Of a stretch of DNA of 39,326 bases, positions 24,400 through 36,277 are shown in pieces. The stretch spans positions 1-39,326 of the forward strand of contig NW_021835746.1 of assembly GCF_006345805.1 (NCBI RefSeq), given 5' to 3'. Position 1 is the stretch's first letter, and every line of letters begins with the position of its first letter. The position numbers and the translations under genes were made by a program. The DNA is from Octopus sinensis. Taxonomy: Eukaryota. The notes below the pieces were generated by a model. The model was not told the DNA's origin. It did no database searches and saw only the letters and a list, made by a program, of their open reading frames with translations.

Positions 24400-24770
24400 T
24401 TCGACTGAACTCTGTATTAAGAGTCCTGTCTAGTTTAACATGTTAATTAAAGATAAAAGAGTCAAACAGAAAGGAATGGAGAGGAGTCTGCCTGGGAATT
24501 TCCTCTTCTATTGGAGATGGAATTAATTTATATAATTACGTCTTTGTCTGTATCTACGGAATTGTTTTCCAATTGCACATGGCATATTATTAATGCTACC
24601 ATTCTCATAGCTAATGATTCTAGGATCCATGTGTGATGAACATCATCAAAAGGTTTCTGGTAGTCAATTTATAGCTTGTCAGAACCTTCTTTCTCCAAGA
24701 CTTCAGTTATGACTGTGCTGATTAGTTATTAATTGGTCAGAATCGTAAGATACCACCAAAATCGAGGTTT
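24400..24770 (-). mobile_element. R4/Dong-like non-LTR retrotransposon reverse transcriptase remnant (domains ~2-4)
   Basis: Minus-strand translation with stops and frameshifts: SYDSDQLITN...IDYQKPFDDVHHTWILESL...NRRGNSQADS-SPFL...MLN*TGL..YRVQSKK. This matches the R4-clade pattern SYGCKDQL / WIDYKKAFDSVPHSWI / RGIFQGDSLSPLLF. Confidence 0.75.
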
Positions 24771-24934
24771 TATATTAAACTTCTCCCAAATGAATGATAA
24801 AAGCATAAACATGCAACCACTCACTCACATACTCTTACATTCAAATGACCGAATATTTAAGAAGCTCGTTTGCAATCACGGAGGTCCTGGATTCGATCAT
24901 ACAGTACGGCATTTCGGGCATGTGTCTTTTTGCC

Positions 24935-25332
24935 TTTTCTAATTTAGGCACAAGGCCCGAAATTTTGGGGAAGGGGGCCAGCTGATTAGGTCGACCCCAG
25001 TATGCGACTGGTATTTAATTTATCGACCCCGAAAGGATGAAAGGCAAAGTCGACCTCGGCGGAATTTGAACTCAGAAACATAATGGCAGACGAAATACCT
25101 ATTTCTTTACTACCCACAAGGGGCTAAACACAGAGAGGACAAACAAGGACAGACAAACGGATTAAGTCGATTATATCGACCCCAGTGCGTAACTGGTACT
25201 TATTTAATCGATCCCGAAAGGATGAAAGGCAAAGTCGACCTCGGCGGAATTTGAACCTAGAACGTAGCGGCAGACGAAATACTGCTAAGCATTTCGCCCG
25301 GCGTGCTAACGTTTCTGCCAGCTCGCCGCCTT
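24935..25332 (-). mobile_element. SINE family A dimer (full unit with tail 2 followed by 5'-truncated unit with tail 1)
   Basis: Two intact cores at ~25023 and ~25208. The junction near 25099 reads AAAGAAATAG/GTATTTCGTCTGCC on the minus strand. Confidence 0.9.
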
Positions 25333-25439
25333 GGGCAGGTATCTTTTATGACCGCTTCGAGACGATCCAAGCCTGTAAGGGAACTAGGTAGACATAAACT
25401 GTGAAAATGGCTGTTGGTTGGAATTTGTTGACAGCTTCA

Positions 25440-25612
25440 CATTTCTTTTTGTGGAAACGTAATTTTTTTCAAGATGCTTATTATTTCTGCAAGATTTTGT
25501 AGATTGTAGGAAGGGACATTACTGGGTTGTAATTTTTAGGGGTTTACTTATCGGATTCAGATAGTCTTCTTCTCGGTGAACGATGAGAGCAATAGTGAGA
25601 CGTTCTGCCAAA
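25440..25612 (-). mobile_element. R4/Dong-like RT remnant (domain 0/1), upstream continuation of 24400-24770
   Basis: YLAERLTIAL...PKNYNPVMSLPTIYKIL...KHLEKNYV resembles PKNYRPITCLPTIYKIL...KHLEKN. It is separated from the other RT piece by a SINE dimer. Confidence 0.7.
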
Positions 25613-25619
25613 TAACTTT

Positions 25620-25870
25620 TAAAAAATTACTCTACAGATTTTCAGCAGAAATTAAAGTCAACATTGAAAGTTAGGACGTATTGGATACGACTACGTCTAT
25701 ATGAACAATAGAAACAAGATATTTAAATCATATCAGAAAAAAGAAGAGACGAGAACGAAATTAATCTCGATAAGGTTTGAACTCTACAGCACAAAATACA
25801 CAAAGAAAACAATGGAGTATTATGTTGGTCGAAGTCCGTCAATGCTTTTGGTGATGATCCAACGATCAGT
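25620..25870 (+). mobile_element. Possible R4-like ORF N-terminal remnant in the opposite orientation
   Basis: QKLKS...IRLRLYEQ / NKIFKSYQKK / EV...FW resembles the R4-clade pre-RT region (RRYE..QNKIFK.NQKK..EVE.FW). The match is weak and degenerate. Confidence 0.35.
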
Positions 25871-26048
25871 AAAGAGTTAAAGGATGTTTTCGCATTATAT
25901 GCATACACAAGCGCTCACACACATGCACACGATTAGAGGCGTACACACACACACACACACACACAATATATATATATATATGTATGTTTATATATTACAT
26001 ACATACATTATTATATATGTATTTATATATATATTCTTGTATACACAT

Positions 26049-26104
<56 letters not shown>

Positions 26105-26973
26105 CGTGTATACGCAAACACATACACACACAACGTACATACATGCACGCGCACAGTCATACACTATATGTATTTATGTATATGTTCATGATATATTTAT
26201 ATAGATATATAATATATATATATATTATTATATATATATATTAGTGTGTACATACATACATACATAGATACAAGCATACATATATATATATATATATGTA
26301 CATATTATATATATATATTATATATCTATATATACACACCACACCACGCATACATACATATGTAGGACATAGAAGACAAAGAGTAGGTTGGTGTACATTT
26401 TTTATATATACATATCGGTACGTATTTATGTGATATTGTATATATGTATATATATATATCTATATATGTGTATATCGTATATGTCTGCGCTTCTTATTGT
26501 GTCTGTTGTATTAATATATATATATATATAATATGTGTGTGTGGTATTACACACACCACACGTATATTTGGACGTGCGTAGACTCAAACAAGAAAGAGTT
26601 TGCAGTCGTTATTTGTCACATTGTCTGTTCGATGCTTCACTTCCTCCATTGCTACCACAGAAAATTATTAGAAAGAACAAGAACGGAGATTACGAAAAGA
26701 TTTTATAGGAATGGTTGCTAAACATATCAAATTTGCCTACAACAGTATTAAACATCAGATGAAGGACAATAAAATCAATTTGGCAATGTGTAAAGGCCAA
26801 CTAAAATGACATGTATGGCAAATCTTTCGTACGTCACATGAAATACATAAGAATATTCGAAGTGGAAAACAGTCAAGTAAATTTATAATCATAGTTTCAA
26901 CAGATTTTATCTGTATGTATCTGTCTGTTTGACTGATTGCCTGTCTGACTAGATGACTGCTTGCTTTCCTGCG

Positions 26974-27067
<94 letters not shown>

Positions 27068-27427
27068 CCTATCTATTTATCTACAAACTACGTGTGACGA
27101 CAAAAGCGGAAGGTTTAATATCGTAGGGAATAGAGAAGTATATATCTATCTGTCTATCTGTCTCTCTCTTTCTCACCTCACTCTCTCTCTCTCTATCTAT
27201 TTAACTGTGCGCATCACTGAGCCTGTCTTCTTCCCTCTAAATTCTTCGTATAGTTTGTGTGTGCATTTGTAAACATACACATAAATGAAAGGTTAAGGAA
27301 ATAACTAGCATACATATGAAGAAGGCATATATATCTATATCTGTCTGTCTGTTTGTCTATCTATCTCTATATACAATATACATATATGTCTGTACGTCTA
27401 CTTATACATACATACATACATAACACA

Positions 27428-27465
<38 letters not shown>

Positions 27466-27495
27466 TATATATATATACATATAAGTAAAAGGATC

Positions 27496-27738
27496 AAAGG
27501 TCCTTCCCGTGCCATAGGTTTATAAGGCCGGTTTTCCGGATTCTGTTGCGTATATATTCCGCCCCATCCTGTAAAGGATGCCGGTCCATCGTATCGTAGG
27601 ATTACACGTTTTTACCAGTTGGGTGGACAGGAGCAACCTAAAATGAAATGTTTTGCTCAAGGACACAACGCAGTGCTCGGTCCAGGAATCGAAACCAAAA
27701 TCTTACGATTATGAGTGCAAACACCTTAAATATGAGAC
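27496..27738 (-). mobile_element. tRNA-derived SINE family C, diverged
   Basis: Shares AGGTC.TTCCCGT.CCATAGG..ATAA.GCCGGTTT and GAATCGAA.CC..A.TCTTACGAT..TGAGTGCAA.CACC with 18405-18634. Confidence 0.75.
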
Positions 27739-27838
27739 AAGGTCCTCTTCACCCCCACATACACAGCTTTATATACATACATGGATGCATACACATATAT
27801 ATATGTATATGATATATATATATATATTATATATATAT

Positions 27839-27871
<33 letters not shown>

Positions 27872-28088
27872 TATGATATATATATAATATATATATAACA
27901 AACACACACAAACACAAAGAGGAGGAGAAAAGTGAGAATGTGAGAGAGATCGAAGACTACAGAGATTTTTGATAGAAAAAACATATATATATATCTATGT
28001 GTGTGTGTGGTGTGTGTGTGTGAGTGTATTTGTGAGTGTACGTGTCTATATTATAATATGTATGTACAATCTTTCTCTCTCTCCTCTC

Positions 28089-28198
<110 letters not shown>

Positions 28199-28299
28199 GT
28201 ATCTATCTATCGATCTAATCATCCCTACGTATATTTACATAGGCTAACAGATTGATAATCCGCAACACAAACATACGCGCTTTCACAGACGCACATACA

Positions 28300-28335
<36 letters not shown>

Positions 28336-28359
28336 TACATACATACTTACATACATACG

Positions 28360-28391
<32 letters not shown>

Positions 28392-29022
28392 TATACATAC
28401 ATACTTACATACATACTTAATACATACATACACACGCACACAAACATGTATATATATATATATATACGCTGTATACGTATTAAAGATATATCTGCTTACA
28501 CGCCCGAAACCGTACACATAAATACATTCAAGATAGTTCACATCTAGGTACAAAAATGTTCAAATATGGGTCACGTTTAGCAATAGATTGGAAGCTTGTC
28601 CTTATGCCTTTCTAGATTAGACATCAGCTACTTGAAATTGCGTAAACTGAAGTAAATAATGCGTTAGGCATAGATGATGATGGTGCCAGCAACACAACAA
28701 TAGTGTAATAGCTTGGGGCTTTTTCCTAGCTACTCTAAACCGTTATTCGTACATGGTGTCAAACGATAGGTCTTGGCCTGCGTTTTGAAAAGGAACAAAT
28801 CAGGTAGTTATTATGCAAATATAAGGACGACATGGTTGAAGACTATGTGACTGGTTAAGAAATTTGGGTTGCAAGTATTTGATTCCTTGTCGGCTCTCCT
28901 CAAATATACCTGTTTACAATGTGTGTATATAAACACATCTGAAAGCACTTAATACATATAGGTAGAATACGAGATATATTTTGACCAAGGAAAAATAATC
29001 CTCTTCCATGTATATATATATA

Positions 29023-29310
29023 TCACGTGATCACGTGACTGACCAGACCATCAGATGTTGCTACACATCGCTGGTCACAATGCGTTCGCATTGTTTTAGC
29101 CTTTGAACGACACCACCCCGCTGGCTAAGCGAGCAGGCCAACAGAAGAAAGAGTGGTGAAAGAGTACAGCAGGGATCACCACTGCTGGAGCCTCGTGGAG
29201 GTTTTAGGTGTTTTCGCTCAATAAACACACACAACGCCCGGTCTGGGAATCGAAACCGCGATCCTCCGACCGCGAGTCCGCTGCCCTAACCACTAGGCCA
29301 TTGCGCCTCA
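29023..29310 (-). mobile_element. Well-preserved tRNA-derived SINE (family D)
   Basis: Minus-strand head GAGGCGCAATGGCCTAGTGGTTAGGGCAGCGGACTCGCGGTCGGAGGATCGCGGTTTCGATTCCCAG has clean A and B boxes. The element ends in TCACGTGATCACGTGA next to (TA)n. Confidence 0.85.
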
Positions 29311-29321
29311 CACAAACACCA

Positions 29322-29384
<63 letters not shown>

Positions 29385-29460
29385 AATATGTGAATGTGTG
29401 TGTGAGTATGCGTGTATATGTATGTATGCATACGTATATATGTGTGTATTATGAGTGTAT

Positions 29461-29669
29461 ACTCTACTCTTTTTTACTTGTTTCAGTCATTTTGACTGTG
29501 GCCATGCTGTAGTACCGCCTTTAGTCAGCAAATCGATTCCAGGACTTATTCTTTGTAAACCTAGTACTTATTCTATCGGTCTCTTTTGCCGAACCGCTAT
29601 GTTACAGGGACGTAAACACACCAGCACCGGTTGTCAAGCGACGTTGGGGGGACAAACGCAGATACATAA

Positions 29670-29700
<31 letters not shown>

Positions 29701-29762
29701 TACATACATACATACATACACACATACATACACATACACACACACACACCACACACACACTA

Positions 29763-29800
<38 letters not shown>

Positions 29801-29965
29801 GATAAGCAGGCTTCTTTCAGTTTCCGCCTACCAAATCCACTCACAGGCTTTGGTTGGCCCGAGGCTATAGTAGAAGACACTTGCCCAAGGGGGCACACAG
29901 TAGGACTGAACCCGAAACCATTTGCTTCGTAAGCAAGCTATTTACCACACAGCCACTCTTACGCC
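29461..29965 (-). mobile_element. Full-length SINE family B with expanded internal microsatellite
   Basis: TTTTACTTGTTTCAGTCAT...GTTGTCAAGCG..(CA/TA)n..GGCTTCTTTCAGTTTCCG..CTATAGTAGAAGACACTTGCCCAAGG..GGACTGAACCC..CACACAGCCAC. Confidence 0.88.
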
Positions 29966-29988
29966 ATAATATATATATATATATATAT

Positions 29989-30375
29989 ACTAGCAGTATC
30001 GCCCGGCGTTGCTCAGGTTTGTAGGGAAATAACTATAAAGCATTTTTAGAGGAGTTATAGCCCAAAAATAGCAAAAAAATGGAAAAAATATGGTAATTTT
30101 GTTTTTGAGATTTAAAAAAGGTGGAGTTGCTTCCCCTAGACAGTTGTGGGTTCGTGTTTCTGAGCTCTCGACCCCATGTCGAATTTATCGATTTTTTTCA
30201 GAACTCGGGGGGAACTTTTCAAAATTTTCGCTGCGTAGTTTTGAATTATGACATTGGCTATGTGTGTGTCAAGTTTCATCAGAATCGGTTGAAAGCCGTG
30301 GTCAGGAGTGAGGGTACAAGCAAACAGACACACAGAAACACGCACAGACAAACTGCCGTTTATATACAATATATA

Positions 30376-30380
<5 letters not shown>
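29989..30380 (+). mobile_element. Helitron/Helentron-like non-autonomous element inside a (TA)n tract
   Basis: Starts ACTAGCAGTATCGCCCGGCGTTGCTCAGG, with a short subterminal GC-rich hairpin. The 3' part has AAGTTTCATCAGAATCGG, an (ACAG/ACAC) simple-repeat block and a CCGTTTATATA end, the layout recalled for DINE-1/Lep1-like elements. Confidence 0.5.
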
Positions 30381-30412
<32 letters not shown>

Positions 30413-30674
30413 TGCTATGATTGTGTGTATGTATTCTGATTGTCTGTGGGTCTGAGCTTAAATTCGATCAAAATTATCCTTGCTTTTCATCCTTCCGGGA
30501 TCGGTCATATAAAAGCTGCATTCCAGATCGGTGAAACCATAGAATTTTTGAGCATTAAAGATGTCTCATCGTATTTGTTCCCACTATTTGCTTTTCGAGT
30601 TCTTGGGTGAGAGATTTAATTCGTTGCCTTGTTTAACACCACTTCAGGTTTTTGGGTGACTCCAGCCGATCTAC

Positions 30675-31265
30675 TCTTGTGCAGGCTTTTGGGATAGGTC
30701 CATTAGATCGACCTCAATGCTCAACTCGCACTTATTTTACCGATCACGAAAGAATGAAAAGCAAAGTCGACCTCGGCGGAATTTGAAATCAGAACGTAAA
30801 GACAGACAAAATATTTATATTTTTACTACCCACAACGGGCTAAACACAGAGGGGGACAAACAAGGACAGACAAACGGATTAAGTCGATTTCATCGACCCC
30901 AGTGCGCAACTGGTACTTATTTAATCGGCCCCGAAAGGATGAAAGGCAAAGTCGACCTCGGCGGAATTTGAACTCAGAACGTAACGGCAGACAAAATACC
31001 GCTAAGCATTTCGCTCGGCGTGCTAACGGTTCTTATTTCTTTATTGTCACAAGGGGCTAAACATAGAGGGGACAAGCAAGGACAGACAAACGGGTTAAGT
31101 CGATTATATCGACCCCAGTGCGTAACTGGTACTTAATTTATGGACCCCGAAAGGATGAAAGGAAAAGTCGGCCTCAGCGGAATCTGAACTCAGAACGTAG
31201 CGGCAGACAAAACACCGCTAAGCATTTCGCCCGGTGTGTTAACGTTTTTGCCAGCTCGCCGCCTT
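30675..31265 (-). mobile_element. SINE family A trimer
   Basis: Three cores (~30745, ~30930, ~31145), two tail-2 segments (CACAAGGGGCTAAACA.AGAGGGGACAA-like), junctions near 30813 and 31033, and a single head at 31265. Confidence 0.9.
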
Positions 31266-31313
31266 ATACAGTTCGTATATTGCCAACACACAAGTATATC
31301 TGAGTGTATGTGC

Positions 31314-31453
31314 GTGCAGTCGTTTGTGTGCATGTGTGTGTGTGTGTGCAGTCGCTTGTGTGCATGTATGTATGTGCAGTCGCTTGTGTGCATGTGAGTG
31401 TATGTGTGTATATGTGAGTGTGCGTGAGTGCGTGTGCAGTCGCTTGTGTGCAT
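31314..31453. repeat. Four copies of 20-bp GTGCAGTCGCTTGTGTGCAT separated by TG-rich spacers
   Basis: Copies at 31314, 31346, 31374 and 31434, with spacers of 12, 8 and 40 bp. Confidence 0.9.
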
Positions 31454-32168
31454 ATGTGCATAGACAAAATACTTCAATTTCATTACAGAAGATATACAAT
31501 TTGCGAAAGAGTATCAGAGTCTTCCGGACTTATCTATATGAATTTGAGGGTAGACTGGTAGAATCAGCAGGGTGTAGGACAAACTACTCCATGTTATCTT
31601 AGTTACTTCCGGGACTGATAACATGCATGCCAGCCGAATATTGAGCCTCTGTAATCAACTGTTCATCCTCTTTCGCTTCACGCAAAATATAGCTTTGTGT
31701 CTATGTCAGAAATCAATGTGATCTAATGCCTTAGAGTCTGGCAAATAATTTTGTTCTCCCACTTTTATTTTATCTGACAATCTCTGTCCCCTATGCTTTC
31801 TCGCACGCAGTACATGTCAGTGAGTATGTGTGTATATGTCTATATACACCCATACTTATACACGTATACACACACATACATACATGCATACAAACACACG
31901 TTTGTACATACACACACGAGTGTGAATGTACATGTGCGTGCACGCGTGAGTGTGTGTGTGTGTATGCATACACAGGAGTGCACAAGCAGAAAAAACATTT
32001 CAGGCGAATCTTTGAAGTTACTGTCAACTTAGAAAGATATATATCATTGTATTCCACATATTGAGTTCAATGTTATTTGGTTTTATATATAAATAAAAGA
32101 AACCCCATCGATATCGATATGTGTACTATATAATATGATATAATATGATATAATACAATATGATATAT

Positions 32169-32466
32169 GTGAAGGCGTGTAGCTTAGTGGTTAGGGAATT
32201 CGACTCACGATCGATAGTTCGTGAGTTCAATTCCCGGTGGTGCGTTGTGTCCTTGAGCAAGACACTTTATTTCACGCTGCTCCAGTCCACACTGCTGGCA
32301 AAAATGAGTAGTATATATATTTCAAGGGGACAACCTTGTCACACTCTGTGTCACGCTGAGTCTCCCTGAGAAGTATGTGAAGGGGTTGCACGTTAATCTC
32401 ACGAGCAAGATGTTCCGTTGATCGGATCAACTGGAACACTCGTCGTCGTAAACGACGGAGTGCCAG
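32169..32466 (+). mobile_element. tRNA-derived SINE with a family-C-like head and a different tail
   Basis: AGCTTAGTGGTTAGGG..CACGATCG..GAGTTCAATTCCC, then GTGTCCTTGAGCAAGACACTT, with tail TGTTCCGTTGATCGGATCAACTGGAAC..GTCGTCGTAAACGACGGAGTGCC. Confidence 0.8.
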
Positions 32467-32518
32467 TAAAATAATGTAATATTATATAATCTAATAGGAT
32501 ATAGTAGATATATTTATG

Positions 32519-32735
32519 TGAGTGGGTGCTGAAAAGTTTCTGGTTTTAAGGGTGTTACGAAAAGCCTGGTTGGAGGCCCAACTTTCCGAGTTATTTTACA
32601 GGCCTTAGTAAAACTGAAGGACCGGTGCAATAAGTGTGTGAATTCGAGAGGAGAATATGTTGCATAAAATCATAATTAACTGATACTCCTGCATTTTCTA
32701 TTATCCAAAGCGAGGAATTTTTCAGCATTCCCTCA
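32519..32735 (+). mobile_element. Short internally deleted mariner/MITE keeping the transposase C-terminal codons
   Basis: Imperfect ~30-bp inverted ends (GAGTGGGTGCTGAAAAGTTTCTGG / CGAGGAATTTTTCAGCATTCCCTC). The interior reads DRCNKCVNSRGEYVA*, resembling the mariner C-terminal RW.KCV...GEY motif. Confidence 0.7.
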
Positions 32736-32827
32736 TGCATTTATATATATATATATATATACACCCCACGCACAAATATATACATACATACATACATACA
32801 CACACATACACACACACACACACACAC

Positions 32828-32861
<34 letters not shown>

Positions 32862-32945
32862 AAATCCCCAAAAAGAAGCACAAACACACAAAAAAAACAA
32901 ACAAAAAAACAACGCGGGGACGTGGTACATGTAAAGTATTAGCAT

Positions 32946-33050
32946 ACGCTCAGGGAAGGAAAGAAAGATGGTTTAACGTTTCGAGCAACGTTCTTTTTCA
33001 GAAACAGAGGAAAGTCCAATAGAAAGGAAGACGGAGGAAGAAAATCGCCG
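32946..33050 (-). repeat. Penelope-like terminal repeat fragment with hammerhead-like core, copy 2
   Basis: ACGCTCAGGGAAGGAAAGAAA...GGAAGACGGAGGAA.AAAATCGCC is shared with 5898-6012. The minus strand reads GTTT-CTGAAAA-AGAACGTTGCTC-GAAAC-GTT-AAAC. Confidence 0.55.
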
Positions 33051-33113
33051 ACGATTTACATGTGTTTACATTTAGATATGTATATACACATATACATATA
33101 CACACATATATAC

Positions 33114-33200
<87 letters not shown>

Positions 33201-33227
33201 ATCTATATATATATATATATATATATA

Positions 33228-33510
33228 CGAAAGAAGGTTTGAAAATACAATTTTAAAAGATGTTTTTTACTTTACGGTTTCACTCTTTAGAAAAAGATTG
33301 TCAAAGTAAATGTAAAGTTTGGTTGTGTTAATTATTGGTGGTCTCAAAATGCTACATTACATAGACTGTATATATGTATTGTAGCATTTTGTGACAACCA
33401 ATGATTAACACACCCAAACATTTACATGTTACTTTTGACAATCTTTTTCTAAAGAGTGAAACCGGTAAAGTAAATAAACATCTTTTAAAATTGCATTTTC
33501 AAACCCTTCG
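33228..33510. mobile_element. Fold-back MITE (near-complete 283-bp palindrome), TA-flanked
   Basis: TA at 33226-33227 and 33511-33512. The arms pair over about 135 bp (e.g. AAAATGCTACA/TGTAGCATTTT and TTTAGAAAAAGATTGTCAAA/TTTGACAATCTTTTTCTAAA) around a ~9-nt loop. Confidence 0.85.
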
Positions 33511-33679
33511 TATATAATTCTACTCGTGCGGTACCTTACAACTCCACTTTGTTATATATATATATATATATATTTATATAAATATATCGCACCTACAACC
33601 AACACGCATAAGTACAAATTCGCGTGCATGTAGGTATGTGTCTCTGTGTGAGGGCTTCATGTGTATATGTGAGTATTTT

Positions 33680-33725
<46 letters not shown>

Positions 33726-35891
33726 CATGTGTGTGTGTGTGTATAGAAGTATTTACGCGCTTGTCTTTACCATCGATTTATCCTATCCATGAATTATTTT
33801 ATGTCTGGTTGTTTTGAAGATTTCGATTGAAACAGAACACACGTAGCCCTCCACCCACGTGCACACTCCCTCCCCCCACACGGACACACTCAAACACACA
33901 CTTAAAGAAACTTACACACATACTTATATATTCACACGCATGTAAACACACATTATTAATGTCTTACACTCACCCCTAGAAGAAAAAGTTATTTATTTCC
34001 TAGAATGAAAAAGAACAACAAAATGGTTGGCCTTTATTTCTCCATGTATCTAAACTCAGGCGATTTTAATAGGGATTCCCCTTCAGTTGTTATTAGACAC
34101 TGTTATATTCGAACTAGTGTTCTTATCTTGTCTGTTATCGAGTGAATGTTTCCAATGTTGTGCTCTCTGCCCTTTTTTAGATGGCTGTTGCATTTGGTAA
34201 CGTTCGAATCGAAACATTTCCTTTATGAAATTTACATGGTTAGATTGTCATTCCGTTTGGCCATTACAAGGATATTGCTCTTGCCTCTTGAATCGGAATA
34301 TGTATTGTTTTACTAATCCAAGGATTAATCTCACGTCCATTCGTTGAGTCATTTGTATTCGATTCGAACTTACGAGAACGTTATGAAATACGACAGGTAC
34401 GCAAAGAAGGCTGGATGATACATCGACCGAAACGTCGTACCAATAACAACGAAATGAGGACAGTAGTCCAAATATATCTGAATAATAATGATAGTTCCTT
34501 ATCTCAGAAAGTCAAACAAAATTTATCAATTATTGATGCTGTTAATTACTCTATGGCAGCTAAGACTGAGCAGACTTATGATCAAAGGAGGCAACAAGAT
34601 AAGTATGTATGGGTAGTAAAATCCTTGAACCTTTAGGGACAATCAGAAAATTGAAAGGCAGAAGTTGTGGAAGATATAGACAGCAGATACTCGTTAGCTT
34701 AACCTGTTGACTACACAAAGGCTAACGCAATACCTCGGTAAGGTATGTGTGGGACAGGAGAGGATGAAGGTCCATGATCGCTGACGCCTGTCGGCAAGGC
34801 ACATCAAATATGACCAAGAGCATTCCAGTTATAATCATCTTATCTTTACAAAACGCAAACACGGTGTATCTAAGACTACATTCACTAGTGTAAGCATTTT
34901 GAACGAGGGAGATTGGCTACTGTTCCTAGCAGATCGAGTAACTTTGTAGACGCTTCCTGCTTGGCTTCTATTGTGATTTTTATTGTTATCTAGCCTTTAA
35001 GTAAGTGCTGATCGAACAGAACAATGCTGAAAATTGTTCCAGCTATAATTATCGCATTCACACGATGTATATCTGTTTATTTCGAACTAACAGATTCATT
35101 AAGCCGCAGTTTATCCCGGTTTCTTAGTTGTTAAGCGATTGAACGTATGAGATTCCCCCACTCTCCAGAACAGGAAATCAACTACTTTCGGTATTCATTT
35201 CCAGTGAAGTGGATTGGAGTAACATGAAACGAAGTGTCTTGCTCAAGAATATAACGGCGTATTTACGGACCTCTCGATCATGATCTGTATTAATCTGCAT
35301 AATTCTGTATGCTTTTGCTTTTACTAAGACACAAGTGTATAATTCAAAGAAAGTTTTAGCTGCTTTGTCTTGCACGTCGAACGACAACGTCGAGGTCGCT
35401 TGACACCCAGCCACAAGTTTTGTTATTTAGAACACTTTAATGGTGAACTAAATCCTTGAGTACTTAAACAATGTTTGCATAATTATTGTGATTCAAGCTA
35501 TCTTGACAATCAAAACATTAATATCTAATTTGAAAATAATTAATCAACTAACTAATTATTAAACGGAGCAAAAAAATATAAATGATAGAAAAGATACAAA
35601 AACTACGTTGATGAAAACTAATCCAGCTAACTGATGATTAATTCTTTGCGTTCGTAATTTTTATTGCAGTCAAATGATGATGACGTTAAAAGGAGATAGC
35701 ATCAAATATCACTGTGCATCTTTTTGTGATGCTGTTTGTTTTCTTCGCTGCTGTTGGTGTTTTTGTAATAGTTATCTTTCTTCAATTCCCACTTCACTAC
35801 TGATCGAGAAGACCTGCGATCAAAGTCATGATTATCCATCCGTAACCATCCAGTCTTATTGAGGAGATATCTAGGAATAGTTTATGGAATG

Positions 35892-36277
35892 TGTCATATC
35901 ATTAAATAAGACGATAGAATATGATATGTAATATTATATATGTCCTACCTTTATATAAGACGATAGGATATGATGTGTAATATTATTATATATGTCATAT
36001 CATGAAATAAGACGATAGGATATATGTAATATCATTATATATGTCATATTATTATATAAGACGATAGGATATGATGTGCAATATTATATATGTCATATCA
36101 TTAAAAAAAACGATAGGATATGATATGTAATATTATATAAGTCATATCATTAAATAAGACAATAGGATATGATATGTAATATTATTTATGTCATACCATT
36201 GCATACGCCATAGAATATGATGTGTAATATCATTATATATGTCATATCATTAAATAAGACGATAGGATATGATTTGT
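35892..36277. repeat. ~49-bp AT-rich minisatellite, ~8 copies
   Basis: The anchor ACGATAG or a variant occurs at 35911, 35960, 36012, 36061, 36110, 36159, 36207 and 36259 (spacing 48-52). Confidence 0.92.

Noticed and set aside
29235-29310. tRNA gene
   Set aside because: It has A/B boxes but continues into a SINE body, and I could not form a complete cloverleaf with acceptor stem. It is treated as a SINE head, as are the other tRNA-like heads.
31314-31453. CRISPR-like repeat/spacer appearance
   Set aside because: The context is eukaryotic, the spacers are TG microsatellite of very unequal length (8-40 bp), the repeat is only 20 bp, and there are no cas genes.
34181-34196. 16-nt plus-strand micro-exon candidate (strong acceptor, GTAACG donor)
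   Set aside because: It is too short to assess, frame-shifting, and on the opposite strand to the other exon candidates; such sites are expected by chance.
34411-34440. Third hammerhead-like motif CTGGATGA...CGAAACGTC
   Set aside because: The core has an extra G, there is no convincing helix II or helix I pairing, and there is no second copy in the window.
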